Assembly (NCBI GenBank): GCA_965230935.1
Contig: OZ246400.1
Coordinates: forward strand, 4,090-68,089
DNA length: 64,000 nucleotides
Origin: an uncultured Gammaproteobacteria bacterium
Lineage (GTDB): Bacteria; Patescibacteriota; Patescibacteriia; Magasanikbacterales; JBBTQS01
Reading direction: 5' to 3'
Shown here: in pieces, positions 47,693 to 58,324 of the stretch
Layout: each line of letters starts with the position of its first letter
How positions within the stretch are numbered: position 1 is the stretch's first letter
Program-made: the position numbers and the translations under genes
The notes under the pieces: model-generated
The model's input: only the letters and a program-made list of their open reading frames with translations
Databases searched by the model: none
What the model was told of the DNA's origin: nothing

Positions 47693-49312
47693 TTAATCAG
47701 CTCCTCCTGTAGTATCTGGTGGTTCTGGCACCAGTGCTTTTTGTCGAAAGAGTCTTTGTCTGACGACCGCGATAAACGTGTGTAATTCCTCTGATTTGAG
47801 TGCATACAGGATCAGGCCATAGACCAGTAATCCGAGAATACCAGGCACCAGTCCTTGTGTAAACACAGCCCAAAATGTTTGCGTACCAATCGTCTCTCCA
47901 ATCCAGGTTTTGGTTTGCTGCACCACAAAGGACATTACCACTGCTGCGACAAAGATTTTGTACGAACTATGGAGGATTTTTTGCTCATGCAAGGTCCCGA
48001 TTTCCAGGCGCAGCGCAACCCAAAGCAAGGCAAACTGGATCACGGCACCGAGTGAGAAGGCAAGAGCAACGCCGGCAATACCATAACTATCTTTAAGGTA
48101 GAGCGCGGCAAAAATGTTTACAATGATTCCTACAATCCCGGCATAGAGTGGTGTTTTGGTGTTGTGCAGCGCATAAAACGCGCGGTTTACTAGTGGGACG
48201 AGCGCTTGAGCGAACAATGAGATCGTGAATGCGGCAAGTGCATCTCCTGTTGCAATAGTTGCGGTCCAATCAAATGCGCCAGTCCCAAGAACCACACGGG
48301 TAATTTGGGCGCGAAGGATTAAAAAGAGCACGGTGATCGGAATGATTAAAAACAAAATTTGTCGCGTGGTGTTGTTAATGTGCGTGACCATCTTTTCAAT
48401 CTCGCCGCGTGAGATTAATGCACAAAACGTTGGGAACGCGGCAATAGCGAATGACACACCAAAAATACCAATGGGCAGCCCTTGGATGTTATTGGCAAAG
48501 TGAAACACCGCTACCGAACCGGCCGCAATAGTTGAGGCAATGGTTGTCATCACAATAATATTGATTTGTGTTGCTCCAAGACCAAGCATGCGTGGCACCA
48601 TCAGGCGAATAATCTCATGAAGATTTTTATCCTTGAGGTTGAGCAGCGCGTTATATTTGAAACCGCTTTTGCGCAAAATCGGAATTTGAATCAGCAGATG
48701 TAGCAGCGCGCCGAGAACCACTCCAATTGCTAATCCTGCCGGGCCAATTTGCGGTGCAATAAATACCGCACCAATAATAATGCCGACATTATAGAAGATC
48801 GGAGTAAGTGCATAGATAAAGAAGTACTTGAGCGATTGCAATACTCCAGAGACCACTGAGCTGATTCCCAAAATGATCGGGCTCAAAAACATGATCCGCA
48901 TGAGCATGGTGGTCAGATCAAGTTTTTCTTGAGAAAAGCCCGGAGCAACCACTTCAGCAAGTGCTGGTGCAATAATGATAAGCACAATACCCACGCCAAT
49001 GAGGACAAACCCAAGCAAGTTAATTACCGAATTGATCAACTCCCATGCCTTGGCTTTATTTTTCTCCCACACACCAGCAAAGACCGGGATAAGCCCTGCG
49101 GAGAGTGCACCCATAACCAGCAGCATGTATACCAAATCCGGGAATCGAAATGCCGCAACATAGGCGTCCATGATATCGCCAGCACCAAAGTAATGCGCAA
49201 AGATCCTCTCACGAATAATGCCAATAAAGCGACTTAAAAAAGAAGCCCCAGCAAGGATGATCGCTGCGCTGGCAATGGTCTTTGATTGGCCGGTCATTAA
49301 TTTACGGATCAT
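47693..49312 (-). CDS. murJ: lipid II flippase MurJ
   Basis: 14-TM MOP-superfamily profile. N-terminus SRFIGIIRERIFAHYFGAG is typical of MurJ/MviN. 539 aa. Confidence 0.85.
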   Translation of the reverse strand: MIRKLMTGQSKTIASAAIILAGASFLSRFIGIIRERIFAHYFGAGDIMDAYVAAFRFPDLVYMLLVMGALSAGLIPVFAGVWEKNKAKAWELINSVINLLGFVLIGVGIVLIIIAPALAEVVAPGFSQEKLDLTTMLMRIMFLSPIILGISSVVSGVLQSLKYFFIYALTPIFYNVGIIIGAVFIAPQIGPAGLAIGVVLGALLHLLIQIPILRKSGFKYNALLNLKDKNLHEIIRLMVPRMLGLGATQINIIVMTTIASTIAAGSVAVFHFANNIQGLPIGIFGVSFAIAAFPTFCALISRGEIEKMVTHINNTTRQILFLIIPITVLFLILRAQITRVVLGTGAFDWTATIATGDALAAFTISLFAQALVPLVNRAFYALHNTKTPLYAGIVGIIVNIFAALYLKDSYGIAGVALAFSLGAVIQFALLWVALRLEIGTLHEQKILHSSYKIFVAAVVMSFVVQQTKTWIGETIGTQTFWAVFTQGLVPGILGLLVYGLILYALKSEELHTFIAVVRQRLFRQKALVPEPPDTTGGAD

Positions 49313-49314
49313 AC

Positions 49315-50013
49315 CTATTGTTTTGGTGGGAAGTCGACGCTCAGCACGGTAAAGTCAGTTCCTTTGGTTTCTTCATCAATATCCTCAAGGTACAGTGTGG
49401 CAAAGATGTCTTCTTTGCGGAACGTCATCTTAATGGTTCCTGGTTTACTGGTGTGTCGTGTACTGACAAAGTCATTCTTTTCAAATTCGTTTGCATAAAA
49501 ATCCGCAATAAACTGCATTTGCGCACCAAGGTTATTCCATTCAATAACAACCGTGTCGTTTTCTTCAAGTACCGGTGTGGTAGTGAGTTCTAAAAAGTCA
49601 TCCCAGGTAAATGATTTGCGGTATACCACATGACCGGACTCAACGGTTTTTTCGATTTTCTTTTCTGGATTTAGTGGATTGTACGCGGCAAAGATCGGTG
49701 CCAAAATGACCTTCGGGAAAAACGAGGCAATTTCAAACCCCCGACTTTTTTGGTGCGCAGAAATGTATTTAACACTACTAGTATTGTCTTGGTTATACAG
49801 TGTGACCATATCTTGGGGAAAGTGACCGGGAAGTCCACTGATATCTTTGGGTCCTGGTCCAATAGCAATACGCACGATGATGATGATGGCAATGACAAAA
49901 AGTGTGATGCAGCCCAGGCCACTCACACAGCTTCGCTTTAGGCAGGAACTCTTCTTTCCCAGGGTTTTCATTGTTGGGTCCTGGATCTCAACTGAAGATG
50001 GTTCTTGTCTCAT
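49315..50013 (-). CDS. hypothetical membrane-anchored protein
   Basis: One TM helix (GCITLFVIAIIIIVRIAIG) then an extracytoplasmic domain. An alternative start at the internal Met (MKTLGKK) is possible. Confidence 0.55.
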   Translation of the reverse strand: MRQEPSSVEIQDPTMKTLGKKSSCLKRSCVSGLGCITLFVIAIIIIVRIAIGPGPKDISGLPGHFPQDMVTLYNQDNTSSVKYISAHQKSRGFEIASFFPKVILAPIFAAYNPLNPEKKIEKTVESGHVVYRKSFTWDDFLELTTTPVLEENDTVVIEWNNLGAQMQFIADFYANEFEKNDFVSTRHTSKPGTIKMTFRKEDIFATLYLEDIDEETKGTDFTVLSVDFPPKQ

Positions 50014-50082
50014 ATATGGCGTAGTGTAGCAAATATCGCCCTATGGTACAATAGATTAGGCAATATTTTTTCAGCTAAATCT

Positions 50083-51435
50083 ATGAAAATACATTTCTAT
50101 GGCGCAGCTCGGGAGGTAACCGGATCGTGTTATCTGGTCGAACTCCATGAGCATAAAATCTTGGTGGATTGCGGGATGTTTCAAGGAAGTCGCTATGCGA
50201 GTGAGAAAAACTTTGAACCGTTTCAATTTGATCCAACTCGTGTTGATTCAGTTCTGGTGACCCATGCGCATATTGATCATAATGGTCGTATTCCTAAGTT
50301 GGTTCATGAAGGGTTTCGAGGAAAGATTTATGCGAGCGAACCGACCGCGGCGCTTTTGGAGATCATGTGGAATGATGCGGTTCGGATCATGCGATACGCC
50401 TTTGAGAAAAATAAAGACCCTATGCTTTACAGTGAAGAGGATGTTAAGCGTGCGGTCGAGATGATTCATCCGGTCCCGTATCATGAACCGGTTCGGTTGC
50501 CTGGTGATGGGGTGGCAAAGTTTTTTGATGCTGGGCATATTATTGGTTCGGCGTGGATTGAGATCAAGCAGGCAGGCAAGACTGTGGTATTTTCTGGTGA
50601 TGTGGGTAATGATGATGTGCCAATCATTCGTGAGACTGAACCAATTGCGCAGGCCGATGCTGTGATTTGTGAATCAACGTATGGTGACCGGCTGCATGAG
50701 AGTGCCATTGCGCGATCATCGCGGCTCAAGACCGTTATTGAGGATTCAGTAAAACGTGGGGGCGTATTGATGATCCCGGCATTTAGTTTGGAGCGCACAC
50801 AAGAGATTTTGTATGAGCTTAATTGGCTGATTGAAGAGTGTAAATGTTTGCCGCGCGTACCGATTTATCTTGACTCGCCGCTAGCGATTCGCGCGACAGA
50901 AGTATTTAAAGAGTTTACTGACTATTATGATCAGGATGCGTTGGCGTTGAAAAAGCTTGATGGTGACTTATTTGATTTTCCCGGTTTAGAAGTGACGCTT
51001 GATAGTTCTGCATCGCGCAAGATCAATAGTGCCAAAAATCCCAAGGTGATTATTGCTGGTGGGGGAATGATGGTTGGTGGGCGAATTTTACATCATCTTA
51101 TACGCTATCTTGGTGACAAAAATAGCACATTGTTGATCGTGTCGTATCAGGCTGATGGAACACTTGGACGTAAGATTCAAGATGGTGCAAAAGTAGTGTC
51201 GATTTTTGGCAAACGCATTGAGGTGAAGTGTCGTGTTGAACGACTTGGATCCTATAGTGCGCATGGAGACCAAGCAAAAGTGTTGCGTTGGTTAGGGACT
51301 GCAGATCCAAAACCTAAGCATGTGTATTTAAGCCATGGCGATCCTTCAGCACAAGATGAATTTGTCCAATGTATTGAACGGGATTTGGGTGTGGCAGCGA
51401 GTGCACCAGAGTTTGGGGGAATAGTGGAGGTATAA
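50083..51435 (+). CDS. metallo-beta-lactamase/beta-CASP family ribonuclease (RNase J-like)
   Basis: HxHxDH motif (VTHAHIDHNG), downstream His/Asp motifs, and a beta-CASP region. 450 aa. Open from 50005. Confidence 0.8.
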   Translation: MKIHFYGAAREVTGSCYLVELHEHKILVDCGMFQGSRYASEKNFEPFQFDPTRVDSVLVTHAHIDHNGRIPKLVHEGFRGKIYASEPTAALLEIMWNDAVRIMRYAFEKNKDPMLYSEEDVKRAVEMIHPVPYHEPVRLPGDGVAKFFDAGHIIGSAWIEIKQAGKTVVFSGDVGNDDVPIIRETEPIAQADAVICESTYGDRLHESAIARSSRLKTVIEDSVKRGGVLMIPAFSLERTQEILYELNWLIEECKCLPRVPIYLDSPLAIRATEVFKEFTDYYDQDALALKKLDGDLFDFPGLEVTLDSSASRKINSAKNPKVIIAGGGMMVGGRILHHLIRYLGDKNSTLLIVSYQADGTLGRKIQDGAKVVSIFGKRIEVKCRVERLGSYSAHGDQAKVLRWLGTADPKPKHVYLSHGDPSAQDEFVQCIERDLGVAASAPEFGGIVEV

Positions 51436-51475
51436 TCTTAGTTGCCCAGTAGCACCACATATCATGAAATCACAA

Positions 51476-51503
51476 AGGCCCGGCGCGAAGCGCCAGGCCT
51501 TTT
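51476..51503 (+). terminator. rho-independent terminator
   Basis: AGGCCCGGCGC / GCGCCAGGCCT stem with one mismatch, then TTTT. Confidence 0.7.
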
Positions 51504-51775
51504 CAAGGTCAACTGAATTTCGTCGGTCAGAAGTCAAAATAATACTGTCTCTTCATACCATTCCAATTCGTAGTTGTGAACCCCGATTCTATGTCGTCCG
51601 GATCTGATATCGGGATCGAGAAGCAAACATAGAAATTACATACTAGCACGATCGACAAGATTTGTCAAGTTTGTGGTGTTTTGGCTCTATTTTAGCAAAA
51701 TGTACAAAAAAGAAAGGTCGTGATACTATTGCTATAGACCCTACTACCCCTCAAAAGAGGGCATTTTGTGATTTT

Positions 51776-53842
51776 ATGGCATTTTCACTCAAGTCAGCGT
51801 TCAAGCCAACCGGTGATCAACCACAAGCGATTAAGTCGCTTGTTTCGGGTTTGCGAAAAAAGCAAAAACTCCAGACCCTTCTTGGGGTAACTGGTTCTGG
51901 AAAAACGTTTACCATGGCCAATGTAATTCAGCAGGTTCAGCGGCCAACATTGGTATTGGCGCATAACAAGACATTAGCTGCGCAGTTATGCAGTGAGTTT
52001 CGAGAATTTTTCCCCGACAGTGCGGTTGAATATTTTGTCTCATATTATGACTATTATCAGCCAGAAGCGTATCTACCCAATTCAGACACGTACATTGAAA
52101 AAGAGTCTATGGTCAACGAAGAGATTGACCGATTACGTCATAGTGCAACACAGCGTATTTTAACGCGTAAGGATGTTATTGTGGTGGCATCGGTATCGTG
52201 TATTTACAACATTGGGTCACCGAAAGAATATCAAGATATTGTATTGCGTGTGTTTGTAGGTCAGCAGTTTGATCGCGGTGGACTTTTGGCGCAGCTTATT
52301 AAAATGCACTTTGAACGTACGAACGGCGAGTTGGCTCGAGGGACATTTCGATTGCGCGGTAGTGTATTTGAGATTATGCCGGTCAATGAGGAGATGATTT
52401 ATCGCATTGAAATGGACATGCACAACGCTGTGCAGCAGATCGAAACCATTGATCCACTCACGCGCAAGGTTGTGGCCGAAGGTGAAGACGCTTGGTTTTT
52501 TCCGGCCGCACATTATGTGTTGCCCGAGAAAACACGCGAGCCGGGGTTTGCATCGATTAAGCACGAGCTTAAGCAACGATTAGCTGATTTTGAAGCGCAA
52601 GGCAAAACATTGGAGTATGAACGACTCAAGCGTCGAACGCGGTATGATCTGGAGATGATTGAGCAAATTGGCTATTGTAAAGGGATTGAAAATTATTCGC
52701 GCCATTTTGATGGGCGTGATCCTGGTGATCCGCCGTATACACTGTTTGATTACTTTAATACGCATGACGAGTGGATGCTGATCGTTGACGAGTCTCATGT
52801 GACATTGCCACAAGTGCGTGGGATGCATGGTGGAGATCGGGCGCGAAAAGAGAATCTCATTGAGTTTGGGTTTCGGTTGCCCTCAGCTCGTGATAATCGA
52901 CCATTGCAGTTTCATGAGTTTGAATCACGCATGCCACAGACCGTGTGCGTAAGTGCAACGCCAGGACCATATGAACTCCAGCATAGTGAGGCCATTGTTG
53001 AACAAATCATTCGTCCAACTGGTCTGCTTGATCCTGAGTTAATAATTGCTCCGGTGACCGGAAAAGGGAAACAGCGCTCACAAGTCGAGGATGTCATGGA
53101 TCGTATTGCCAAGCGCAGCGCAAAGCAGGAACGCACCATTGTGACTACACTCACGAAAAAAATGGCAGAGGATTTGGCTGGATATCTTGAAGAAAAGGGG
53201 ATTGCCTGTCGATATCTCCATAGTGATATCAAAACAATCGAGCGCATTGAGATCTTGTCGAATTTTCGCAAAGGAATTTTTGATGTGTTGGTGGGAGTTA
53301 ATCTATTACGCGAAGGGTTGGACTTGCCCGAAGTTTCGCTCGTGGCAATATTGGACGCTGACAAAGAAGGATTTTTGCGATCAGAAACATCATTGATTCA
53401 AACCATTGGTCGGGCAGCACGGAATGTAAATGGTCAAGTGGTGTTGTATGCGGATCAGATGACCGGGTCACTCAATCGTGCGATTGAAGAGACCAATCGT
53501 CGTCGGGAAATCCAATTAGCATACAACAAAAAGCACAACATTACCCCACAGACTATTCGCAAGTCGATTCGGGACTTGGTCGAAGAATTTGGTATTGTTC
53601 CTGATAGTGAAAAAGCAGCAAACGCAAAAAAGCGAAAAGGGAAATCGCGTACCGGCAATCGTATTTTAGATATTGAGCTCAGCGGAGATGCGCGACCGGT
53701 TGAAGTGATTATTCGTGAAAAAGAAAAGCAGATGAAAGAAGCGGCTAAAGAACTGGCATTTGAGTTGGCAGCTGTGTTGCGTGATGAGATCGCAAGTTTA
53801 AAAAAATTATCCAAAGTTTCGTCAGCTAAGGCGAAGAAATAA
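51776..53842 (+). CDS. uvrB: excinuclease ABC subunit B
   Basis: FKPTGDQPQAIKSL, helicase motif I GVTGSGKT, the beta-hairpin region, helicase motifs, and a C-terminal UVR domain. The frame is open from 51662. Confidence 0.95.
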   Translation: MAFSLKSAFKPTGDQPQAIKSLVSGLRKKQKLQTLLGVTGSGKTFTMANVIQQVQRPTLVLAHNKTLAAQLCSEFREFFPDSAVEYFVSYYDYYQPEAYLPNSDTYIEKESMVNEEIDRLRHSATQRILTRKDVIVVASVSCIYNIGSPKEYQDIVLRVFVGQQFDRGGLLAQLIKMHFERTNGELARGTFRLRGSVFEIMPVNEEMIYRIEMDMHNAVQQIETIDPLTRKVVAEGEDAWFFPAAHYVLPEKTREPGFASIKHELKQRLADFEAQGKTLEYERLKRRTRYDLEMIEQIGYCKGIENYSRHFDGRDPGDPPYTLFDYFNTHDEWMLIVDESHVTLPQVRGMHGGDRARKENLIEFGFRLPSARDNRPLQFHEFESRMPQTVCVSATPGPYELQHSEAIVEQIIRPTGLLDPELIIAPVTGKGKQRSQVEDVMDRIAKRSAKQERTIVTTLTKKMAEDLAGYLEEKGIACRYLHSDIKTIERIEILSNFRKGIFDVLVGVNLLREGLDLPEVSLVAILDADKEGFLRSETSLIQTIGRAARNVNGQVVLYADQMTGSLNRAIEETNRRREIQLAYNKKHNITPQTIRKSIRDLVEEFGIVPDSEKAANAKKRKGKSRTGNRILDIELSGDARPVEVIIREKEKQMKEAAKELAFELAAVLRDEIASLKKLSKVSSAKAKK

Positions 53843-53850
53843 GTACCCGT

Positions 53851-54489
53851 ATGAAGAAATTACTATTCTTATTTGCAAGCTTGGCGCTTATTGGCGTTGG
53901 TTGCTCTCAACTCATTGATAATGAGATTGAACATCAGACAAATTACCGCTCAATGCTGCCGGATCATAATGATCGTCCACCGGAGTTTACCCAAACGCAT
54001 GGTGAATCAAATGTCGTGTTTGCGTTTCGTGCGGGTCAAGAAGTCTATGGAGGTCAACTGGGCAAGTCAATGCATGACTTAATTCAAACGCAAGGTGAGC
54101 TTATGGATGAGAATAAAGCATTCCTTGCATTATATGCAGTAGATCAGATGGATCCTGCACAAAGCTTTGTCGGGTATGTGTTAGCGTTGCATCCAAACAC
54201 TGCGTATCAATTGTATCCACTCGAGCCGGTTACCAATGAAATGCCAACTTTTGTTGAATCAGTATTCTTTATGGATGTGGCTGGAGACGAGCAAAAGGAG
54301 ATTTTGGTGCTCTATTCAACCATGACTGGGATCGGGCCAACCGGTGCGCAACCATATTATGAAACCGCAGTATATACGTTTGAGACTAAGCCGGATGGTT
54401 CAAAAAAATATGTGCGGCTTCCGGAGATCGAAAGCGAGCTGGTTGAGCTGTATCCAGCAGAAGTAGTACAAGCAAAATTGGCAAAATAA
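53851..54489 (+). CDS. hypothetical lipoprotein
   Basis: Lipoprotein signal MKKLLFLFASLALIGVGC. No family recognised. Confidence 0.6.
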   Translation: MKKLLFLFASLALIGVGCSQLIDNEIEHQTNYRSMLPDHNDRPPEFTQTHGESNVVFAFRAGQEVYGGQLGKSMHDLIQTQGELMDENKAFLALYAVDQMDPAQSFVGYVLALHPNTAYQLYPLEPVTNEMPTFVESVFFMDVAGDEQKEILVLYSTMTGIGPTGAQPYYETAVYTFETKPDGSKKYVRLPEIESELVELYPAEVVQAKLAK

Positions 54490-54498
54490 TTACCACAC

Positions 54499-57033
54499 AT
54501 GAAAGAACACATCACCATCACCGGCGCGCGTGAGCATAATCTAAAAAACGTTTCACTTGAGTTACCGCGCAATAAAATGATCGTTTTTACCGGGTTGTCA
54601 GGTTCTGGCAAGTCGTCGTTGGCATTTGATACGATTTTTGCAGAAGGGCAGCGGCGATATGTTGAGTCACTCTCTGCATATGCGCGTCAGTTTTTAGGGG
54701 TGATGCAAAAACCGGACGTCGATGAGATTGAAGGATTGTCCCCGGCGATTGCTATTGATCAAAAAGCACATAGTGCCAATCCGCGTTCAACCGTTGCTAC
54801 GATTACGGAGATTTACGATTATCTGCGCGTGTTGTTTGCCCGGGTTGGAGCACCGAGCTGTCTTGAGTGTGATCGGCCAATTGCCAAGATGAGTGCTGAG
54901 GAGATTGTCAGCGCGGTGTTTGCCGGAGTGACCAAACAGAAGAAAGGCAAAGAGAATTTTGTTCCGGTGCGTGTGTTCGCTCCTGTAGTGTTTGGTCGCA
55001 AAGGTCAGTATTATCAATTGCTCTATGATTTGTATAACTCCGGATTTAGCACCGTGCGTATTGATGGGGCAATCAAGTCGCTGAAAAGTCGCGTAAAATT
55101 ATCACGATACAAACAACACACAATTGAGGTTGTGGTTGATGAGATTCCAATACCGCGCGCGTCAAGCAAGATTGATTCGGATCTTCGTCAGCGTGTTGCT
55201 GAAGCAGTGGAGACAGCGATTGAATACGGTAATGGCACATTGAGTGTTGATTATACTGCTGTAGATGAGCACACCTTTTCAACCAAACACGCTTGTCCGC
55301 ATGATGGGTTTGCGTTTCCAGAAATCGAACCACGATTGTTTAGCTTTAACAGCCCGTACGGCTACTGTCCAGAATGTACCGGACTTGGGACGGAGAGTTT
55401 GTTTTCTCAAACTGTGTGTAAAACGTGTGGTGGAGCACGACTGAATCCAGCAGCACTGCATGTGCGCATTGGTGGGCAAAATATTGTGCAAGTGACTTCA
55501 ATGAATATTGAACATGCGATGCAGTGGTGCATGGATTTGGAGGACAAGAACGTGCTCAGTACTCAGGCGCAAGAAATATCAACACAAGTGCGTAAAGAAA
55601 TTTTTGCTCGCCTTGAGTTTATGATGAATATCGGGTTGCACTATTTGACTCTTGATCGTAAAGCAGGAACACTCTCTGGCGGCGAGGCACAACGGATTCG
55701 TTTGGCATCCCAGTTGGGCTCGCGCCTCGTCGGGGCGATGTATGTGCTTGATGAGCCAACTATTGGTCTGCATCAGCGGGATAATGAACGATTGATCAGA
55801 ACCCTCCATGAGTTGCGTGATTTGGGCAATACGATTTTGGTTGTTGAACATGACGAGGATGTGATTATGTCCTCTGATTATTTGGTTGATATTGGTCCGG
55901 GCGCTGGTGTACATGGCGGCGCAATTGTGGTAGATGGCACATTACCAGCGGTGCTTAAAAAGAAAGGATCGCTTACTGTCGAGTATCTTACTGGCAAAAA
56001 ATCAATTCCAACTCCGAAAAAACGCCGTAAGATTCTCAATGAGAAGTTGCAGATCATTGGTGCTACTGAAAATAATTTGAAAAATATCAATGTTGATATT
56101 CCGCTTCGTCGGTTTGTGTGTGTGACTGGTGTATCAGGTTCTGGAAAGTCATCATTAGTTAATGAGGTCATGTATAAGACATTGGCCAAGCACTTGCATG
56201 GTGCAAAAGCACATCCAGGTAAACACAGCAGCATTAAAGGAATCACCCACCTTGATAAGGTGCTCATGATCGATCAATCAGCAATTGGGCGCACACCTCG
56301 TAGCAATCCGGCAACCTATACCGGTGCGTTTACCTATATTCGTGAGCTCTTCGCGGCCACTACTGAAGCACGAGTTCGTGGGTATAAAGTTGGTCGGTTT
56401 TCGTTTAATGTGAAAGGTGGGCGCTGTGAGAATTGTCAGGGAAACGGCCAAATTGCTATTGAAATGCATTTTTTGCCAACAGTGTATGTTACGTGTGATA
56501 TTTGCAAGGGAACCCGGTTTGATCATGAGACATTGCAAGTGAAGTTTAAAGGAAAGAATATTGCCGAGGTGCTCGCCATGACTATTGAAGAGGCTGAGGA
56601 GTTTTTTCAAGATGTTCCTTGGATTTATCAGCGTTTGAAGATTTTGAACGAAGTTGGGTTGGATTATTTGACGCTTGGGCAATCAGCAACCACACTCTCC
56701 GGTGGAGAAGCGCAACGAATTAAGTTGAGTAAAGAGCTCGCGCGTCGCGATACTGGTCGCACGCTTTATGTATTGGATGAGCCCACCATTGGTTTGCATT
56801 ACGAAGATGTGAAAAAGTTGCTTGATGTGCTGAATCGGTTAGTGACAAAAGGAAATTCAATCGTGATTATTGAACATAATCTTGATGTGGTCAAAATGGC
56901 AGATCATATTATTGACCTTGGTCCTGAGGGTGGAGAAGGGGGTGGGAAAGTTATGGCTTCTGGGACACCAGAACAAGTAGCGAAGAATCCTAAAAGTCCA
57001 ACAGGAGAATATTTAAAACGAGTACTGAAATAG
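54499..57033 (+). CDS. uvrA: excinuclease ABC subunit A
   Basis: Two ABC ATPase modules (GLSGSGKSSL and GVSGSGKSSL Walker A, two LSGGEAQR signatures) and zinc-finger Cys clusters. 844 aa. Confidence 0.95.
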   Translation: MKEHITITGAREHNLKNVSLELPRNKMIVFTGLSGSGKSSLAFDTIFAEGQRRYVESLSAYARQFLGVMQKPDVDEIEGLSPAIAIDQKAHSANPRSTVATITEIYDYLRVLFARVGAPSCLECDRPIAKMSAEEIVSAVFAGVTKQKKGKENFVPVRVFAPVVFGRKGQYYQLLYDLYNSGFSTVRIDGAIKSLKSRVKLSRYKQHTIEVVVDEIPIPRASSKIDSDLRQRVAEAVETAIEYGNGTLSVDYTAVDEHTFSTKHACPHDGFAFPEIEPRLFSFNSPYGYCPECTGLGTESLFSQTVCKTCGGARLNPAALHVRIGGQNIVQVTSMNIEHAMQWCMDLEDKNVLSTQAQEISTQVRKEIFARLEFMMNIGLHYLTLDRKAGTLSGGEAQRIRLASQLGSRLVGAMYVLDEPTIGLHQRDNERLIRTLHELRDLGNTILVVEHDEDVIMSSDYLVDIGPGAGVHGGAIVVDGTLPAVLKKKGSLTVEYLTGKKSIPTPKKRRKILNEKLQIIGATENNLKNINVDIPLRRFVCVTGVSGSGKSSLVNEVMYKTLAKHLHGAKAHPGKHSSIKGITHLDKVLMIDQSAIGRTPRSNPATYTGAFTYIRELFAATTEARVRGYKVGRFSFNVKGGRCENCQGNGQIAIEMHFLPTVYVTCDICKGTRFDHETLQVKFKGKNIAEVLAMTIEEAEEFFQDVPWIYQRLKILNEVGLDYLTLGQSATTLSGGEAQRIKLSKELARRDTGRTLYVLDEPTIGLHYEDVKKLLDVLNRLVTKGNSIVIIEHNLDVVKMADHIIDLGPEGGEGGGKVMASGTPEQVAKNPKSPTGEYLKRVLK

Positions 57034-57051
57034 TTCCATTGTTTATTGTCT

Positions 57052-58320
57052 ATGGCAACTATTGCCCAACAAGTTAAGCATCTTCCGGATCAGCCCGGAG
57101 TGTACACGTTTCGTAATGTGCAGAGTGAAGTTATCTATGTTGGTCGCGCGACATCGTTGCGCACTCGAGTAAAGTCATACTTTGCCAAGAAATTCTCAGT
57201 GACCGATCGCGAAGCGCGTCCAATTGAGCGCATGATTGATGAGGTGGTTCAGATTACCCATGAGGTCACTCCTACGGTGATTGAGTCAGTGATTTTGGAA
57301 GCAAATACGATTAAGCAATTGCGCCCAAAATACAATGTGATGTTGCGCGATAATCGGAGTTTTGCGTATTTGGGGCTTACCAAAGACGAATATCCACGAT
57401 TTACTATCGTGCGTGGACATGAGCTTGGTGTTGATTGGTTTGTCGGTAAACAGGAGGTGCCAAAACAGTTTCAGGTATTGTTTGGTCCGTTTAAAAGTGC
57501 GCATGTAATCAATACAACACTCAAGATTTTGCGCAAAATTTTTCCGTATGCAACGTGCAAGCCAGGGCGATCACGCGCATGTTTGTATTATCAAATCGGA
57601 TTATGTCCCGGCGTGTGTATTAGCGCAGTAAGTTCGACTGAGTATCGTAAGCGTATTCGTCCAATCATTCTCTTTTTTCAGGGAAAGAAGCGGTACATTG
57701 TTCGGGATTTGAACGCTCAGATGAAAACATTAGCTCAGCAAAATAAATTTGAACGCGCAGGAGAAATCCGTGATCAGTTATTTGCAATTGAACATATCCA
57801 AGATATCGCATTGATTCAAAAAGAATATGAAATCGACCACAAAGGAAATCCAATCCTTGGTCGCATCGAAGCATATGATATTTCAAATATCAGCGGTACG
57901 TCGGCTACCGGATCTATGGTGGTATTTGAAGCAGGGGAAGCCAACAAGTCACAGTACCGCAAGTTTCGTATCAAGACCGTGAGTAAAAGTAACGATGTTG
58001 CGATGATGCGTGAAGTTATTGGGAGACGATTGGCGCACCCAGAGTGGCCACTTCCTGATGTGTTTGTTATTGATGGTGGTAAGCCGCAAGTAAATTGCGT
58101 GCATCACGAGCTTGAGTCGGCCGGGATTACTATTCCGATACTTGGAATCGCAAAAGGGCCAACCCGTAAGAATGCACGTATTGTGCAAATCGGCGGGGGA
58201 GCAAAATTGGCACGTCTTGCGCGGACATATCTGTCAGTCTTACTTGCGGCACGTGACGAAGCACACCGTTTTGCGGTACAATATCATCGTAAGCGTAGAG
58301 AACGTTTGATTCGTAATTAG
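57052..58320 (+). CDS. uvrC: excinuclease ABC subunit C (lacks the C-terminal helix-hairpin-helix domain)
   Basis: GIY-YIG (GVYTFRNVQSEVIYVGRA), the UvrB-interacting UVR domain, and an RNase H-like region. It ends at ...DEAHRFAVQYHRKRRE, where an (HhH)2 domain would normally follow. The frame is open from TTG 57046. Confidence 0.9.
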   Translation: MATIAQQVKHLPDQPGVYTFRNVQSEVIYVGRATSLRTRVKSYFAKKFSVTDREARPIERMIDEVVQITHEVTPTVIESVILEANTIKQLRPKYNVMLRDNRSFAYLGLTKDEYPRFTIVRGHELGVDWFVGKQEVPKQFQVLFGPFKSAHVINTTLKILRKIFPYATCKPGRSRACLYYQIGLCPGVCISAVSSTEYRKRIRPIILFFQGKKRYIVRDLNAQMKTLAQQNKFERAGEIRDQLFAIEHIQDIALIQKEYEIDHKGNPILGRIEAYDISNISGTSATGSMVVFEAGEANKSQYRKFRIKTVSKSNDVAMMREVIGRRLAHPEWPLPDVFVIDGGKPQVNCVHHELESAGITIPILGIAKGPTRKNARIVQIGGGAKLARLARTYLSVLLAARDEAHRFAVQYHRKRRERLIRN

Positions 58321-58324
58321 TGTA

